Positions 39,506-49,223 of a stretch of 64,000 bases of DNA are shown piece by piece. Under the pieces are notes generated by a model. The model made no database searches and was not told where the DNA came from. It saw nothing but the letters and a program-made list of their open reading frames with translations. A program made the translations under genes and the position numbers. Every line of letters starts with the position of its first letter. Position 1 is the first letter of the stretch. This DNA comes from a virus. The stretch spans positions 64,001 through 128,000 of IMG/VR virus record IMGVR_UViG_3300035684_000001; one strand, 5' to 3'.

Positions 39506-41956
39506 ATGAAGGATATCGAACTCGATTGTCAAGTAGTTTCTGACTTAGCTCCAGTTCAAGACTGGACGATCAACGCAGAAGAATTGCTCAAAACTTTGGC
39601 TGTTGATACCACTCAGCTATTGGAATCAGTCAAAAACCATTTCTTAAAAATAGGACAAGCTTATCGAAAAATACTGAACTTGGCAGAAGAATCTCAAGAA
39701 GAAAAGCAAGTTCAGCGGTTTTTCAAGCATAATTTTAGTCCAGAACTTCGGAAAGACATAAGAAAAGGTCTAAGATTTTGGGACTACACTCAACAACTTG
39801 ATGACGTAGAAGAGGATATTCGCTTCGTTCTTTCTAACACAGGATTTGACGCTGGAAATGCACTTATAGGGAAACTTCCTGATACGCTGTCGAAGGTTAA
39901 ATTTCCAGGAGTTTTAGAAGATCCGATCGCCAAAAAAATCGATGTTGCGGCAAATATTGTAACCGAACTGGTTGAGGCTACGCTGAAGGAGAAAGAAGGT
40001 ATAGATAAAGGTGTCAAACCTTCTGACGTAGGGAGGTTAATCAAGCTTCATTCCGTTCCCGACTGCGATCGCGTTGAATTCAAAGAAAACCACGCCACAT
40101 ACCGAGCCGAAGTTGTTGATTACTGTCCGGATACCGATTCGATCAAGGTAAGGGTTGACGGCTCGGGAGAAGAAAAAGAAATTCCTCGGGGTACGATCGC
40201 CCTCAAAGAACAAAAAGCTCCGAAGTTACACGAACCTTGTTTGATACAGGGAGATGAAGTGGAACACTACAACAGGTGCGGCATACTTAAAGCCCTTCTT
40301 GCGGACGATAAAGCTTTAGTATTGTTACTAGACGGTCACCTCGTTGAAGTCCCGAAAAAGCAAATCATCAAAGGCAAAAAAGGTAGCCCAATCCCTGAAC
40401 TCTTGCACCTGTTAGACGAATCCGGTAATACAGAAAAGGTTTCTCTAGCTGTGGAAAAGGCTAAGGCGGAAACAAAGGAAGCTCTTCAGAAACAAATTGA
40501 CGAACTGACAAAAGAAGTAGGCAAGGCTTACAAAGATGGTAAAGAATTCGTCGCAGCACAAATGCAGCCCAAAATTCCATTTGAGGTGTTCCTCGGAATT
40601 CCGGTAGAAGAAAAAATAGAAATCTTTAAGGCTCAGCCAGACGAAACCCAACATTTAATTTTGAGCAATTACGTCAGCTCGCTACCTCTCAAAAAAAACG
40701 ATCGCCCCGTTGTTGAAATTGAAACTTCGGTTAAAACAGAGCCTGTTGAAATACCAGTCGCAAAGTGCGTTAATCGCCCGGTCGTCCGCGCTGAAGCAGT
40801 CGTCGAAACTAACACAACAATCACAGAAATATTGCCAGACGCAAAACCTGTCGATCTCGACATGACTCGGTTCGCCCCAAAAGATTTGACGGAAACACTA
40901 CCTGTGGAGTTGACGCTAAGCTTGGAAGAAGCTGAGGTTGAGTACCAGAAGGCGGTAGATACCCTTGAACGTAAGAAAAAAGAATTAGGCGTAGATCCAA
41001 CCTTAGTTGCAATAAATCCCGCAGTAAAAAAACAGTGTGAGAGTGAAATAAAAGCGGTAGATAACGCCAAGACAAAGTTGTTTAGATTGAGACTCGATTT
41101 AAAGGCACTATCTCAAACCACGCTCCAAGAGCCAGAACCCCAAAGAGTTGAGACAAGCTTCTCGGAAGAAGAGGTAATTAAAGCAGGCGAATTGTTATTA
41201 AAGGGATATCGCGCGATCGAAGATGGAGCTAAAGTTCAATCTGTATTAAAGGAAGTGTCCATTGAATTTCCTCAAATTGCAGATTATTTGGCATCATTTT
41301 CTGGCAAAGAATGGTTGTGTCTGTACTATTTCAAAAACGCAGCCGATGCTCAGGTGATTGTCCGAACGGTTGTTTCCAATCAAAAGGAAGCAGATGCGAT
41401 TATAGATCGGGCGATAGACTGCTCGCAAGAATTGGACAACATAGCTGGATATTACCGGGAAGGAAATTTTTCAGCCTTAGAAAGATTTGACACTAGGCTG
41501 AAAGTGATAGCAGAACTCCTTCTCACAAAAGAAGATATTGCTGCCATTGAAGCCGGGATATCCAAGTCTAAAGTTCAGGTTGCAAGCGAAGAGGCAAAAA
41601 TTACTACTAGGACTAAAGACGATCCTGCAAGTAGCAGCTACTCAATAGAGACAATCAGAGAGTGGCTTTGTTCTTATCAAGTCCAAAACGGAATAGCGTA
41701 TTTAGAGGCAAACGGAATTCCATTGACCGACGTACTTAGCGCGAACGAGTTACAAGCTATGTACGATGGGGGAGGGCAAAAACGAGTTAACGCCATCGTA
41801 TTGGTTGATCGTTTTAAGTGCACAAATTTAATCAACTTTGAGTCGATTGCCAACTCCAAATCGAAAAGCCAAAAACCCTCTTCGTCGAAACCAAGACAGT
41901 TGCCTCCAAAAATTGGACCAATAGAAACATCAGAAGAAATTCCGGGAGGTTTCTAA
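39506..41956 (+). CDS. Large hypothetical protein (coiled coils, SH3/KOW-like segments)
   Basis: 816-aa ATG ORF with an AAGGA RBS; no catalytic motif recognised. Confidence 0.7.
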   Translation: MKDIELDCQVVSDLAPVQDWTINAEELLKTLAVDTTQLLESVKNHFLKIGQAYRKILNLAEESQEEKQVQRFFKHNFSPELRKDIRKGLRFWDYTQQLDDVEEDIRFVLSNTGFDAGNALIGKLPDTLSKVKFPGVLEDPIAKKIDVAANIVTELVEATLKEKEGIDKGVKPSDVGRLIKLHSVPDCDRVEFKENHATYRAEVVDYCPDTDSIKVRVDGSGEEKEIPRGTIALKEQKAPKLHEPCLIQGDEVEHYNRCGILKALLADDKALVLLLDGHLVEVPKKQIIKGKKGSPIPELLHLLDESGNTEKVSLAVEKAKAETKEALQKQIDELTKEVGKAYKDGKEFVAAQMQPKIPFEVFLGIPVEEKIEIFKAQPDETQHLILSNYVSSLPLKKNDRPVVEIETSVKTEPVEIPVAKCVNRPVVRAEAVVETNTTITEILPDAKPVDLDMTRFAPKDLTETLPVELTLSLEEAEVEYQKAVDTLERKKKELGVDPTLVAINPAVKKQCESEIKAVDNAKTKLFRLRLDLKALSQTTLQEPEPQRVETSFSEEEVIKAGELLLKGYRAIEDGAKVQSVLKEVSIEFPQIADYLASFSGKEWLCLYYFKNAADAQVIVRTVVSNQKEADAIIDRAIDCSQELDNIAGYYREGNFSALERFDTRLKVIAELLLTKEDIAAIEAGISKSKVQVASEEAKITTRTKDDPASSSYSIETIREWLCSYQVQNGIAYLEANGIPLTDVLSANELQAMYDGGGQKRVNAIVLVDRFKCTNLINFESIANSKSKSQKPSSSKPRQLPPKIGPIETSEEIPGGF

Positions 41957-41958
41957 AA

Positions 41959-42195
41959 TTGAAAAGCGACATCCCTTTACGGTTGATGGATTCAGTCGCT
42001 ATAGGCGATCAACACATCTATAAAAAAGTCTTAGAAATTGTGTTGATCGCCCCAATTCCTCCCAATCAAGCCATACTCGCCCGATTGTTAAATATTCCCG
42101 ATTGCAAAATTCAAAATGCTGTAGAATTTTGGCGATTGCACGGTATGATTCGAGTTGAACAAGGAATGTTTTATGCCATTCAGCACTTGAACTAA
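41959..42195 (+). CDS. Small winged-HTH-like protein
   Basis: NQAILARLLNIPDCKIQNAVEFWRLHGMI resembles a winged helix-turn-helix. Confidence 0.4.
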   Translation: MKSDIPLRLMDSVAIGDQHIYKKVLEIVLIAPIPPNQAILARLLNIPDCKIQNAVEFWRLHGMIRVEQGMFYAIQHLN

Positions 42196-42209
42196 AAACA
42201 CAAAACAAA

Positions 42210-43757
42210 ATGAAATACAATCCGATCGCCAAACAAAACCAAATTAGTTGCGGGACTGGAAATGTTGCGGTAATTACCGGGTGGACGCCAGCACAAGTTA
42301 TAAAGGAAAAATTAAGTCTGCAAGACTACGGGGCGATCGGGCAACTGTATTCCCCCACTCGCGGTATTAATTTTTTGGTAAAGAACTTGTTGGCAAATCC
42401 TCAAATTAGGCATTTAGTATTGCTCAGCGCTACTGAAGCAGACAGAAACAGCGGCGCAATCGAAGTTTTTTTGTGGTTTTTACACTATGGATGCGAGAGA
42501 GGAGTTACAGATTTAGGACAAAAAGCATGGGTTATTAACTGCAACTGCAAAGAAAATAAGGATAGCAACAATTTATCTTTTCAGGGTAAGGGTTACATAG
42601 ACGCTGAAATTCCTGAACCGGATTTAAATTTGCTCAGAAAATCTCTGTCATGGGTCGTTGTCAGCAAAATCCAAGATTGCATTAACGAGGTGTGGGGTGT
42701 GCCAAAGAATACTGTACCTTGGGGGCTACCCAAAAATTATCCGGCTCCAGAACAAGAAGTGCCAAAAGTTATCCCGGGCGATCGGTACGGGCATCGGATT
42801 GAAGGCAAAACAATTGCCGAAACGTGGGTAAAGATCGTCCACCGCATTAAAACCACGGGAACTGTTAGACCAACAGGTTATGACGGTCACTGGCAAGAGT
42901 TAATTGACTTAATGGCGATCGTCACCGACGAACCCAAAGAATTCTATTTCCCAGAGCCGAATTACCTGTCGTGCGATCGCGCTTTTGTTGAAAAATATCG
43001 ATCGCAAATTTTAGAAGATACGCCCTACGAGGAAGGTGTTAAATATACCTACGCGCAGCGGATGCGGTCGTGGTTTGGATGTGATCAGATTGAAGAAGTT
43101 ATCAACAAGCTAATTAAAGAGATTGACGCAGCAAGTGCTGTAATTAGCTTGTGGGATTCAGGCGGGAATCTTTATAGAAGACCTGATGGTTCTTCCGATC
43201 ACCAGCACAGCGGTAGCCCTTGTTTAAATCAAGTTTGGGTGCGAGTCGTCAATGATGAAATGTCGATGACAGCGATCTTCCGCAGTAACGATATGTTTAG
43301 TGCATGGCCGGCTAATGCTATGGGGTTGCGGGCGTTGCAGCAACACATTCGAGACGAAATAGCTGGGCGATCAAGTTACGACTTAAAAATGGGACCGCTA
43401 ATCACTATCAGTCAAAGCGCTCATATTTACAGTGACTGCTGGGACTACGCAGATAAATTGATTACAGAACACTACGATCGCCTCGCAAAGAAAGAAGCGA
43501 GATCGTTTGCAGACCCTATTGGGAGTTTTTTGATATCAGTAAATAACAAAAACCAGTTAATTGAAGTCGAACACATTTCACCGAGTCCAGGTGATGAACC
43601 TCTTCAGTTTTTTGCTGGAAAAGACCCACAGGAGTTGGGTGTTCAAATCCTGAAAGCTTGCCCCGGAATACTAGCTTCCCATTGCTTGTACTTAGGAATT
43701 CAACTTAAAAAAGCATCCCAGTGTGCAATGAACGGGCTATCTTACACCCAAGAATAA
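42210..43757 (+). CDS. thyA: Thymidylate synthase, cyanobacterial long form (N-terminal MtrA-like, C-terminal DUF4346-like)
   Basis: SPCL (catalytic Cys), FRSNDMFSAWPAN, SAHIY, plus N- and C-terminal accessory domains. Confidence 0.85.
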   Translation: MKYNPIAKQNQISCGTGNVAVITGWTPAQVIKEKLSLQDYGAIGQLYSPTRGINFLVKNLLANPQIRHLVLLSATEADRNSGAIEVFLWFLHYGCERGVTDLGQKAWVINCNCKENKDSNNLSFQGKGYIDAEIPEPDLNLLRKSLSWVVVSKIQDCINEVWGVPKNTVPWGLPKNYPAPEQEVPKVIPGDRYGHRIEGKTIAETWVKIVHRIKTTGTVRPTGYDGHWQELIDLMAIVTDEPKEFYFPEPNYLSCDRAFVEKYRSQILEDTPYEEGVKYTYAQRMRSWFGCDQIEEVINKLIKEIDAASAVISLWDSGGNLYRRPDGSSDHQHSGSPCLNQVWVRVVNDEMSMTAIFRSNDMFSAWPANAMGLRALQQHIRDEIAGRSSYDLKMGPLITISQSAHIYSDCWDYADKLITEHYDRLAKKEARSFADPIGSFLISVNNKNQLIEVEHISPSPGDEPLQFFAGKDPQELGVQILKACPGILASHCLYLGIQLKKASQCAMNGLSYTQE

Positions 43758-43760
43758 AAA

Positions 43761-44096
43761 ATGCAATCGATTATATCTGAAATCGAACAAGAAAGAAAAA
43801 GGCAAGACTTGAAATTTGGAACACCGCCGAGATCGCGCAAACCTGCGCTTTATTTGGCTGTTTTGATGGAAGAAGTGGGCGAAATTGCTAGAAGCATACT
43901 TGAAGGGGATAGCGATAACTACCGCATTGAACTAATTCAAGTAGCTGCTGTAGCTGTAGCAGCGCTCCAAGATTTCGATTACGGTAATTCGACGTATGCA
44001 ATAGAATCTATTTGCAAACCTATTGTTTATCGAAATGATAAATTGACTTACTGTTGTGAAATGGTGGGCGATTGCGTACAATATGAGTTTTTCTAG
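43761..44096 (+). CDS. MazG-like nucleotide pyrophosphohydrolase
   Basis: LMEEVGEIARSI...ELIQVAAVAVA. Confidence 0.75.
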   Translation: MQSIISEIEQERKRQDLKFGTPPRSRKPALYLAVLMEEVGEIARSILEGDSDNYRIELIQVAAVAVAALQDFDYGNSTYAIESICKPIVYRNDKLTYCCEMVGDCVQYEFF

Positions 44097-44152
44097 TGAA
44101 TTGTGTGATATAATTGTTGTAGAAACAAAAACAATGAATCACGCACAAAATC

Positions 44153-44494
44153 ATGAAAAATTTACTCCCGATGATTGTTGCAGTTAAAAGAATTGTATTT
44201 GACAATTCTACGCCTGAATCGAAATTTTCGGAAAACAATCTGAAGTATGCGGCTGAATATAGCTTGCAAATAGGTGGGTTTATGATTCCTCCAACCTTAT
44301 TAAGAGAGGGGACAGAAATAAACCCTTCTTACCGCGTTTTAGCCGGACATTTCCAGTGCTACGCAGCATTGAGAGCATATAAGCTTGATCCACTACGCGG
44401 TGAGACTATTCCCGCGATCGTCATCCGAAAAGATGACCCAAATCTGGAGATTTTACTGCATCAATTGAACTACATCAACTATAGCGACAGTTAG
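44153..44494 (+). CDS. ParB/Srx N-terminal-like domain protein
   Basis: PPTLLRE..YRVLAGHFQCYAA..IPAIVI, matching the stand-alone ParBc pattern. Confidence 0.6.
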   Translation: MKNLLPMIVAVKRIVFDNSTPESKFSENNLKYAAEYSLQIGGFMIPPTLLREGTEINPSYRVLAGHFQCYAALRAYKLDPLRGETIPAIVIRKDDPNLEILLHQLNYINYSDS

Positions 44495-44510
44495 TAGTTA
44501 ATCTGACATT

Positions 44511-44547
44511 AAAAAGCCCTTGGAACTAAAAATCCCAAGGGCTTTTT
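44511..44547. terminator. Bidirectional terminator
   Basis: AAAAAGCCCTTGG...CCAAGGGCTTTTT between convergent genes. Confidence 0.85.
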
Positions 44548-44574
44548 GCTGTGCTTAATTTTAGGTTACTTTAA

Positions 44575-44820
44575 TCATTTTTGCCCGATCACTCGCAACA
44601 CCCGTCGAGCTTCGCCAAATCCCGACTTTTCCTCAATTTTTTCGCGAGTCATCGGGCGATTCTCGATTTCAGGCCGTTCTACCTCGCGTGATCGCATAAA
44701 TTGTAGCTGGTCGTCTGTGGGTAAAATCATTAGTAGTTTGATGGACTGCTGATTTTCCGCTTGAGCGCTACTCTTGACTTGGTAGCCCACGATCATATGT
44801 AAAAGACGAGAGATTGACAT
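44575..44820 (-). CDS. Hypothetical protein
   Basis: 81-aa ATG ORF ending near the terminator. Confidence 0.55.
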   Translation of the reverse strand: MSISRLLHMIVGYQVKSSAQAENQQSIKLLMILPTDDQLQFMRSREVERPEIENRPMTREKIEEKSGFGEARRVLRVIGQK

Positions 44821-44907
44821 AGCCCGTAGTTTAGGCGAAAAAGCAAATCAAAATGCTCTACCGCCGGACAAAAACAAGTAACAGCACAAAAATGTCAATC
44901 TCACAAT

Positions 44908-44948
44908 AAAAGAAGGGGCGATCGTGTTTACGATCGCCCCCTCTTTTT
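44908..44948. terminator. Terminator whose stem is built from HIP1-like arms
   Basis: GGGGCGATCG-tgttta-CGATCGCCCC with flanking A-rich and T-rich runs, just past the end of 44966..45253. Confidence 0.75.
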
Positions 44949-44965
44949 ATTACATCAACCTACCA

Positions 44966-45253
44966 TTAATCCTTGTCGCGTTCTGAGGTAGTTGGCGGAA
45001 ACAAATCGCGGTAAGAAATTCCCACACGTTCGTAGCAAACAGCAGCGTTGGCTAACATTCTGACTTTCTGAATCTCCCGTAGTATTGTTGTCAATTCTGC
45101 GGGGTTTTTGATAACGCCAGCTAAGCGCTTTACGTAGGCTAGCGAAGCTTCGTTCACCACTATGTGCAGTTCTTGTTCGGCGTCGCTGTTAAACGGGTGG
45201 TAGGAGAATAACTTTTCAAGCTTTCGTAAGAGTTCAGTATTGTCTTCTGGCAT
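44966..45253 (-). CDS. Acb2/Tad1-like helical-hairpin protein (candidate cyclic-nucleotide sponge)
   Basis: FSYHP...ELTTILREIQKVRMLANAAV matches the FTYH.P...LEEA.MWANAAI pattern. ATG at 45253 (ORF-track start 45277). Confidence 0.55.
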   Translation of the reverse strand: MPEDNTELLRKLEKLFSYHPFNSDAEQELHIVVNEASLAYVKRLAGVIKNPAELTTILREIQKVRMLANAAVCYERVGISYRDLFPPTTSERDKD

Positions 45254-45354
45254 ACGATTTTTGCAATTCCTATTCAAAGACTACAGATGCGTTTTGTTCC
45301 CGAATTGAAAGATTATTTTTTGGGCGATCAACGTAATATGGTATTATATCACAA

Positions 45355-45639
45355 GTGAAAGCAATTAGGTATATGAATATCATCCATTTCAACCTAAACG
45401 ATCAAGTTAAAGTTAAGCTCACCAAAACCGGAAGAAAATATTTGAAACAAAAAAATGTTAAATTGGCGACAGACAAAGAGGGTTTTTTAACTTTGTCTCT
45501 ACAAGAATTTGCGGGAATATTTGGTGACGCCTTGCAGTTACCAACATTTAATCCGCCTGTTGAGCCAAATATTATTTTGATAGTGGATCAGGAATTAACA
45601 TCAAAAAGTCCAAATCAAGTGAAGGCGGAAAAACCATGA
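45355..45639 (+). CDS. Conserved phage-type hypothetical protein
   Basis: FNLNDQVKVKLTKTG..DKEGFLTLSLQEFAGIFG pattern, recalled from small phage proteins. Confidence 0.6.
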   Translation: MKAIRYMNIIHFNLNDQVKVKLTKTGRKYLKQKNVKLATDKEGFLTLSLQEFAGIFGDALQLPTFNPPVEPNIILIVDQELTSKSPNQVKAEKP

Positions 45640-45770
45640 ATTATGACGAAAACAGTTTGGAGCAAGAGTTTCAGCTTTATAGTGCTATTTTGGATATTGA
45701 AACAACACTAAACGAGTTGAACGAGCTTATGCCAGCGGATATCGTAACCACGATCAACCTCAAAGCCTGA
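45636..45770 (+). CDS. 44-aa hypothetical protein (not in the ORF track)
   Basis: ATGA overlap with the preceding stop; MNYDENSLEQEFQLYSAILDIETTLNELNELMPADIVTTINLKA. Confidence 0.45.
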   Translation: MNYDENSLEQEFQLYSAILDIETTLNELNELMPADIVTTINLKA

Positions 45771-45778
45771 TTCCTTCG

Positions 45779-45985
45779 TTGACCTATATGCCAAGTCTGT
45801 ACCCAAGTTTGATGTCAGATTTTATAATTCATATCACAAAAAATAATTGGCATCTTTTAAATAAAAACGATCGCGTTGCTATTAAAAACGAGGTGCAGTT
45901 GGCAATCGCAACTGAAAACCTAAAAATGAACTGCAATTTGCAAACTTGGAAAAGTTTCAATTATTGGCTTGCTGCAAAAATTTAA
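45779..45985 (+). CDS. Hypothetical protein
   Basis: 68-aa ORF in the same small-gene run. Confidence 0.45.
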   Translation: MTYMPSLYPSLMSDFIIHITKNNWHLLNKNDRVAIKNEVQLAIATENLKMNCNLQTWKSFNYWLAAKI

Positions 45986-46054
45986 GTTTTAATTAGTGAT
46001 CGCCCGTGTTAGCATCTATGGTAACTACAGGCTTTCACAATATTTCCTAAAACT

Positions 46055-46261
46055 ATGCCAGTGTTTGATGATGCCGAATCTCAAAAAAGTTACGAAGCCC
46101 GCAGAACAACCCCACCACCACTGCCCGATCCAAACAGGGAAAGAAGCAGATTGGAATGGTTAGCGCTTCCTGTCGGTTTGCAGCCATACCCTTTTGATGC
46201 CAATTTGCAAGAATTCAAAGACTGGTTTAAGCAAAAATATGGAAAAGACGCAACATTTTAA
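46055..46261 (+). CDS. Hypothetical protein
   Basis: 68-aa ATG ORF; a terminator-like hairpin follows at ~46345-46380. Confidence 0.55.
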   Translation: MPVFDDAESQKSYEARRTTPPPLPDPNRERSRLEWLALPVGLQPYPFDANLQEFKDWFKQKYGKDATF

Positions 46262-46410
46262 GCAGACGATCGTGCTAAACTCTAAGTGATGAGGCTATTC
46301 TCGGGAAGCTTAGCCTCCTCGCCAACACCCATGTTAAGACTGTAGAAGCGCTGAAATCCTTGTGATGTTAGCGCTTTTTTGTTGTGGAAGTGGAACGGGC
46401 GATCAAAGTG

Positions 46411-46725
46411 TTAAGCGCCCCTTCTGAATTTTTGGTGAATTCGCATCTCTAGTGCCTGAATGACGACCATGTACCGAAAATCCAGATCGGCTTCAAGCTC
46501 CCCCTCCTCTTCCCCTTCATCATTAACTTTCTGTGACTTTGGATTTGCTGTATAACGCCCAAATTCCATGTTCATATTAGCGTAAGCTTTTAGTAAGTTT
46601 GCAGCGCTAGCATTAGGGTTTTTCAATATTTCACGAGCGCGATTATATGGCATTTTTTTACCAAATATTTGACCATTAGAAATAAAAAGACCGATCGCGC
46701 AAGGGACGCCGATCGAATCGAACAA
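46411..46725 (-). CDS. Hypothetical protein
   Basis: 104-aa ORF converging on the 46345-46380 hairpin; start uncertain. Confidence 0.5.
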   Translation of the reverse strand: MFDSIGVPCAIGLFISNGQIFGKKMPYNRAREILKNPNASAANLLKAYANMNMEFGRYTANPKSQKVNDEGEEEGELEADLDFRYMVVIQALEMRIHQKFRRGA

Positions 46726-47131
46726 TCAAGCGTAGCGTTCAACAACAATTGGATCGCGGATCATGACTTCCATCACAAATTGCGTTTAAGCTGCACTGGC
46801 CCAGCCACGTCCAAAAAGCAGCTATCGCCTACCGCGATTTCACTGGATCGGAACCCAGCGCTGGTGCTGCCCCAGTTCGCTGCTAGTTTGATTTTAACAA
46901 AAGCTTGCTCGATCTCCCGGAACGCATCCACTTCGTCGTCGCGCCCACATCCTCAACCATATTTTTAGCCTTACCAAGTTTTGGGCGATTAGTTCCGTAC
47001 TTTGGGCTAACCGAATCCAAGTAGTTGAGCTAACTCCAGATTGTGATTGCATTTGCCACCATATCAACCCCGCTGCTCACGACGAATGTCCAACTCAGAG
47101 TACAATAAGCCTAATCTTCTTTGTTCATAAT

Positions 47132-47686
47132 ATGGAATATTACCTAGATACTGAGTTTATTGAATTAAGCGAAAATAAAACAATCGACTTTATCTCGATT
47201 GGAGTTGTAGCAGGGGATGGACGGGAATATTACGCAATCAGCGAAGAATTTGATGCAAGTACAGCCTCTGAATGGGTTGTGGAAAATGTATTGAATAAAT
47301 TGCCACCACGTCCAGGCTTGTTCAAATCTACAGAAGTGTCACTTCGACAGCGATACGAATCAAAAGCCTGGAAATCGCGAAAAAGAATAAAAAAAGAACT
47401 TTTGGATTTTATTGTTCCAGACGAAAATGGGATTGAGTTTTGGGCAGGTTGGGCCTCTTATGACTGGGTAGTGTTTTGCTGGATATTTGGCTGTATGATC
47501 GATCTCCCCAAAGGCTACCCCAATTATTGTAATGATGTAATTCAGTGGATGAATCAACTGGGGTTAAAACGAGAAGATCTACCATCAGAACCAAAAGACG
47601 CTCACAATGCACTAGCTGATGCTCGATGGGTGAAACAGGCTTACGATGCACTCAAAAAATATGACAATAATGTATACAACTTTTAG
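47132..47686 (+). CDS. DEDDh 3'-5' exoribonuclease (Rv2179c/RNase T-like)
   Basis: YYLDTEFIE...WASYDWVVF...HNALADARW. Confidence 0.85.
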   Translation: MEYYLDTEFIELSENKTIDFISIGVVAGDGREYYAISEEFDASTASEWVVENVLNKLPPRPGLFKSTEVSLRQRYESKAWKSRKRIKKELLDFIVPDENGIEFWAGWASYDWVVFCWIFGCMIDLPKGYPNYCNDVIQWMNQLGLKREDLPSEPKDAHNALADARWVKQAYDALKKYDNNVYNF

Positions 47687-47775
47687 CGCAATGAGTTAAT
47701 AATAGTGCATTGTTATTTTTTCAGCATCTTGCAAAGTAAACAAATGGGCGATTTCCCAATTTTCGCCTGTCTTGT

Positions 47776-48294
47776 TTATACATCTTCAAAAATAAATTGT
47801 TGTATACCAGAAAGTGAAAAAAGTCCAGACTGTGTTTTGCCACTAACAAATAAAGAGTAATTACAACTATTTTCATCCCAATTTTGTACGAATGCTACAT
47901 AGTCAACATCTAGAATTTTTTCGTGTAACGGATTCATCCGCCAACGACAGCACTGCGACACTTTTTGTACTGCTTCTGCCAGCGACAGCACTTCAGGAGT
48001 TAAAAATAAAGTAAAATCAGCATAACCCGAAGAATGCACAGTACCGCTAACTCTGCGTTTTACAGAAAGTTTCAACGAGTATAGTTTATTAAAAAGTTCT
48101 ACCTCTAATAGAATAGTTCCAACGAAATATTCATACGATTTTTCGTTTAAACCCTCTAATGCAGCAGCACATTTAAAAGCACTTGGATCGAAATCAAAAA
48201 ATATCAAACGATTGTTAACGCGATTAACATTGTAGAGATGCGCTGCTATTTTTTCAGCAATTTGCTCAGACTGTAGTATGACGACTTTTTTCAT
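47776..48294 (-). CDS. Hypothetical protein (paralog of 62455..62847)
   Basis: IAEKIAAHLY..FDPSAFKCAAALEGLNEKSY versus MAKKVQAHLY..FDKQAFDCVIALEGLNEQDY. Confidence 0.65.
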   Translation of the reverse strand: MKKVVILQSEQIAEKIAAHLYNVNRVNNRLIFFDFDPSAFKCAAALEGLNEKSYEYFVGTILLEVELFNKLYSLKLSVKRRVSGTVHSSGYADFTLFLTPEVLSLAEAVQKVSQCCRWRMNPLHEKILDVDYVAFVQNWDENSCNYSLFVSGKTQSGLFSLSGIQQFIFEDV

Positions 48295-48361
48295 TTTTTT
48301 CTATTGATTTATTAAAATTATATACGATCATTTGTAATGCTCAACTAACTTGACACAAAAA

Positions 48362-48396
48362 AACATCTCTCAATCATTATCCGATTGAGAGATGTT
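48362..48396 (-). terminator. Intrinsic terminator-like inverted repeat
   Basis: AACATCTCTCAATC...GATTGAGAGATGTT just past the 48420 gene end, with a T-rich tract on the minus strand. Confidence 0.7.
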
Positions 48397-48419
48397 AGTA
48401 GCGAAATCACTAGATATTG

Positions 48420-49223
48420 CTAATCAAAATTATCAATGAAACAGCCGCAACCACCAAGTGCCTCAAAATCAAAGGAAAGCTGCAAGGGAGCTGACTGTAT
48501 TTCCTCCCTGAACGCTTTAAGAGTAAGACCTTTAGTTACTCCATTTTTTGTGCGCCGCAAGATACCGACTGAATCATTATTTATCGATTGCAAAAACTCT
48601 TGTTCTTGTTGTTCGTGGTGCGCGTAAACATCTGGTAGATATTTTAATAAATTTCGGTAGTGTTTTAACCCTGCTTTCGTGCAAAAGCCACCACAATTGG
48701 CATGAGCAAAGCCCATGTCGTAAAGCCTAGGTTGCTTAAGGTTGTTCAGTTTGAGTTGGCGGTTAATTTCTTGCTTGTCTACCCAGCGATCGCCCCAGCA
48801 GAGTGGAGCTTCTACCTGGAATGGGTGCCAGTTTTTGGAGATCGCCTCCATCCGTTCCAACTCTTCAAATCCAATTCCAAAGTATAAAACCGTGTCATCA
48901 GGTGAAAAGTTAGCATTGATCCAATTTTCGCAAGGTTTAACCTTAAGCTCGATCGAGCAATCAGATGCGCGATGATTAATAAATCGTTTTTCATTAAAGA
49001 TATCCCACGGATTCCGACCGTCTTTAACTTTGATCAACTGACCACCAACGTTTTTCGCTGCTTCTTCTAAAAATCGGTAGTTGTCGGGGTCTTCGATAGT
49101 CGTGTCCGCAAAGACTAGCCACAAGTTATCTGTGCCAAACTTCTGAGCTATTATCTTAGCGGCAAACCATGAAGCTTTGCCGCTTGAAAAAAACACTACG
49201 TGGTTTTGTGTTGGTGCTGACAT
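48420..49223 (-). CDS. Phage-type PAPS-reductase-like (PP-loop, Cys-rich) protein
   Basis: VFFSSGKAS (PP-loop), FADTTIED, CSIELK..PC, GFAHANCGGFCTKAG, GGCGCF. Confidence 0.75.
   Translation of the reverse strand: MSAPTQNHVVFFSSGKASWFAAKIIAQKFGTDNLWLVFADTTIEDPDNYRFLEEAAKNVGGQLIKVKDGRNPWDIFNEKRFINHRASDCSIELKVKPCENWINANFSPDDTVLYFGIGFEELERMEAISKNWHPFQVEAPLCWGDRWVDKQEINRQLKLNNLKQPRLYDMGFAHANCGGFCTKAGLKHYRNLLKYLPDVYAHHEQQEQEFLQSINNDSVGILRRTKNGVTKGLTLKAFREEIQSAPLQLSFDFEALGGCGCFIDNFD

Noticed and set aside
46726-47120. Possible gene or ncRNA in the gap between 46725 and 47132
   Set aside because: Only short or start-less frames were found (one protein-like ~59-codon minus-strand frame) and no recognisable RNA fold.
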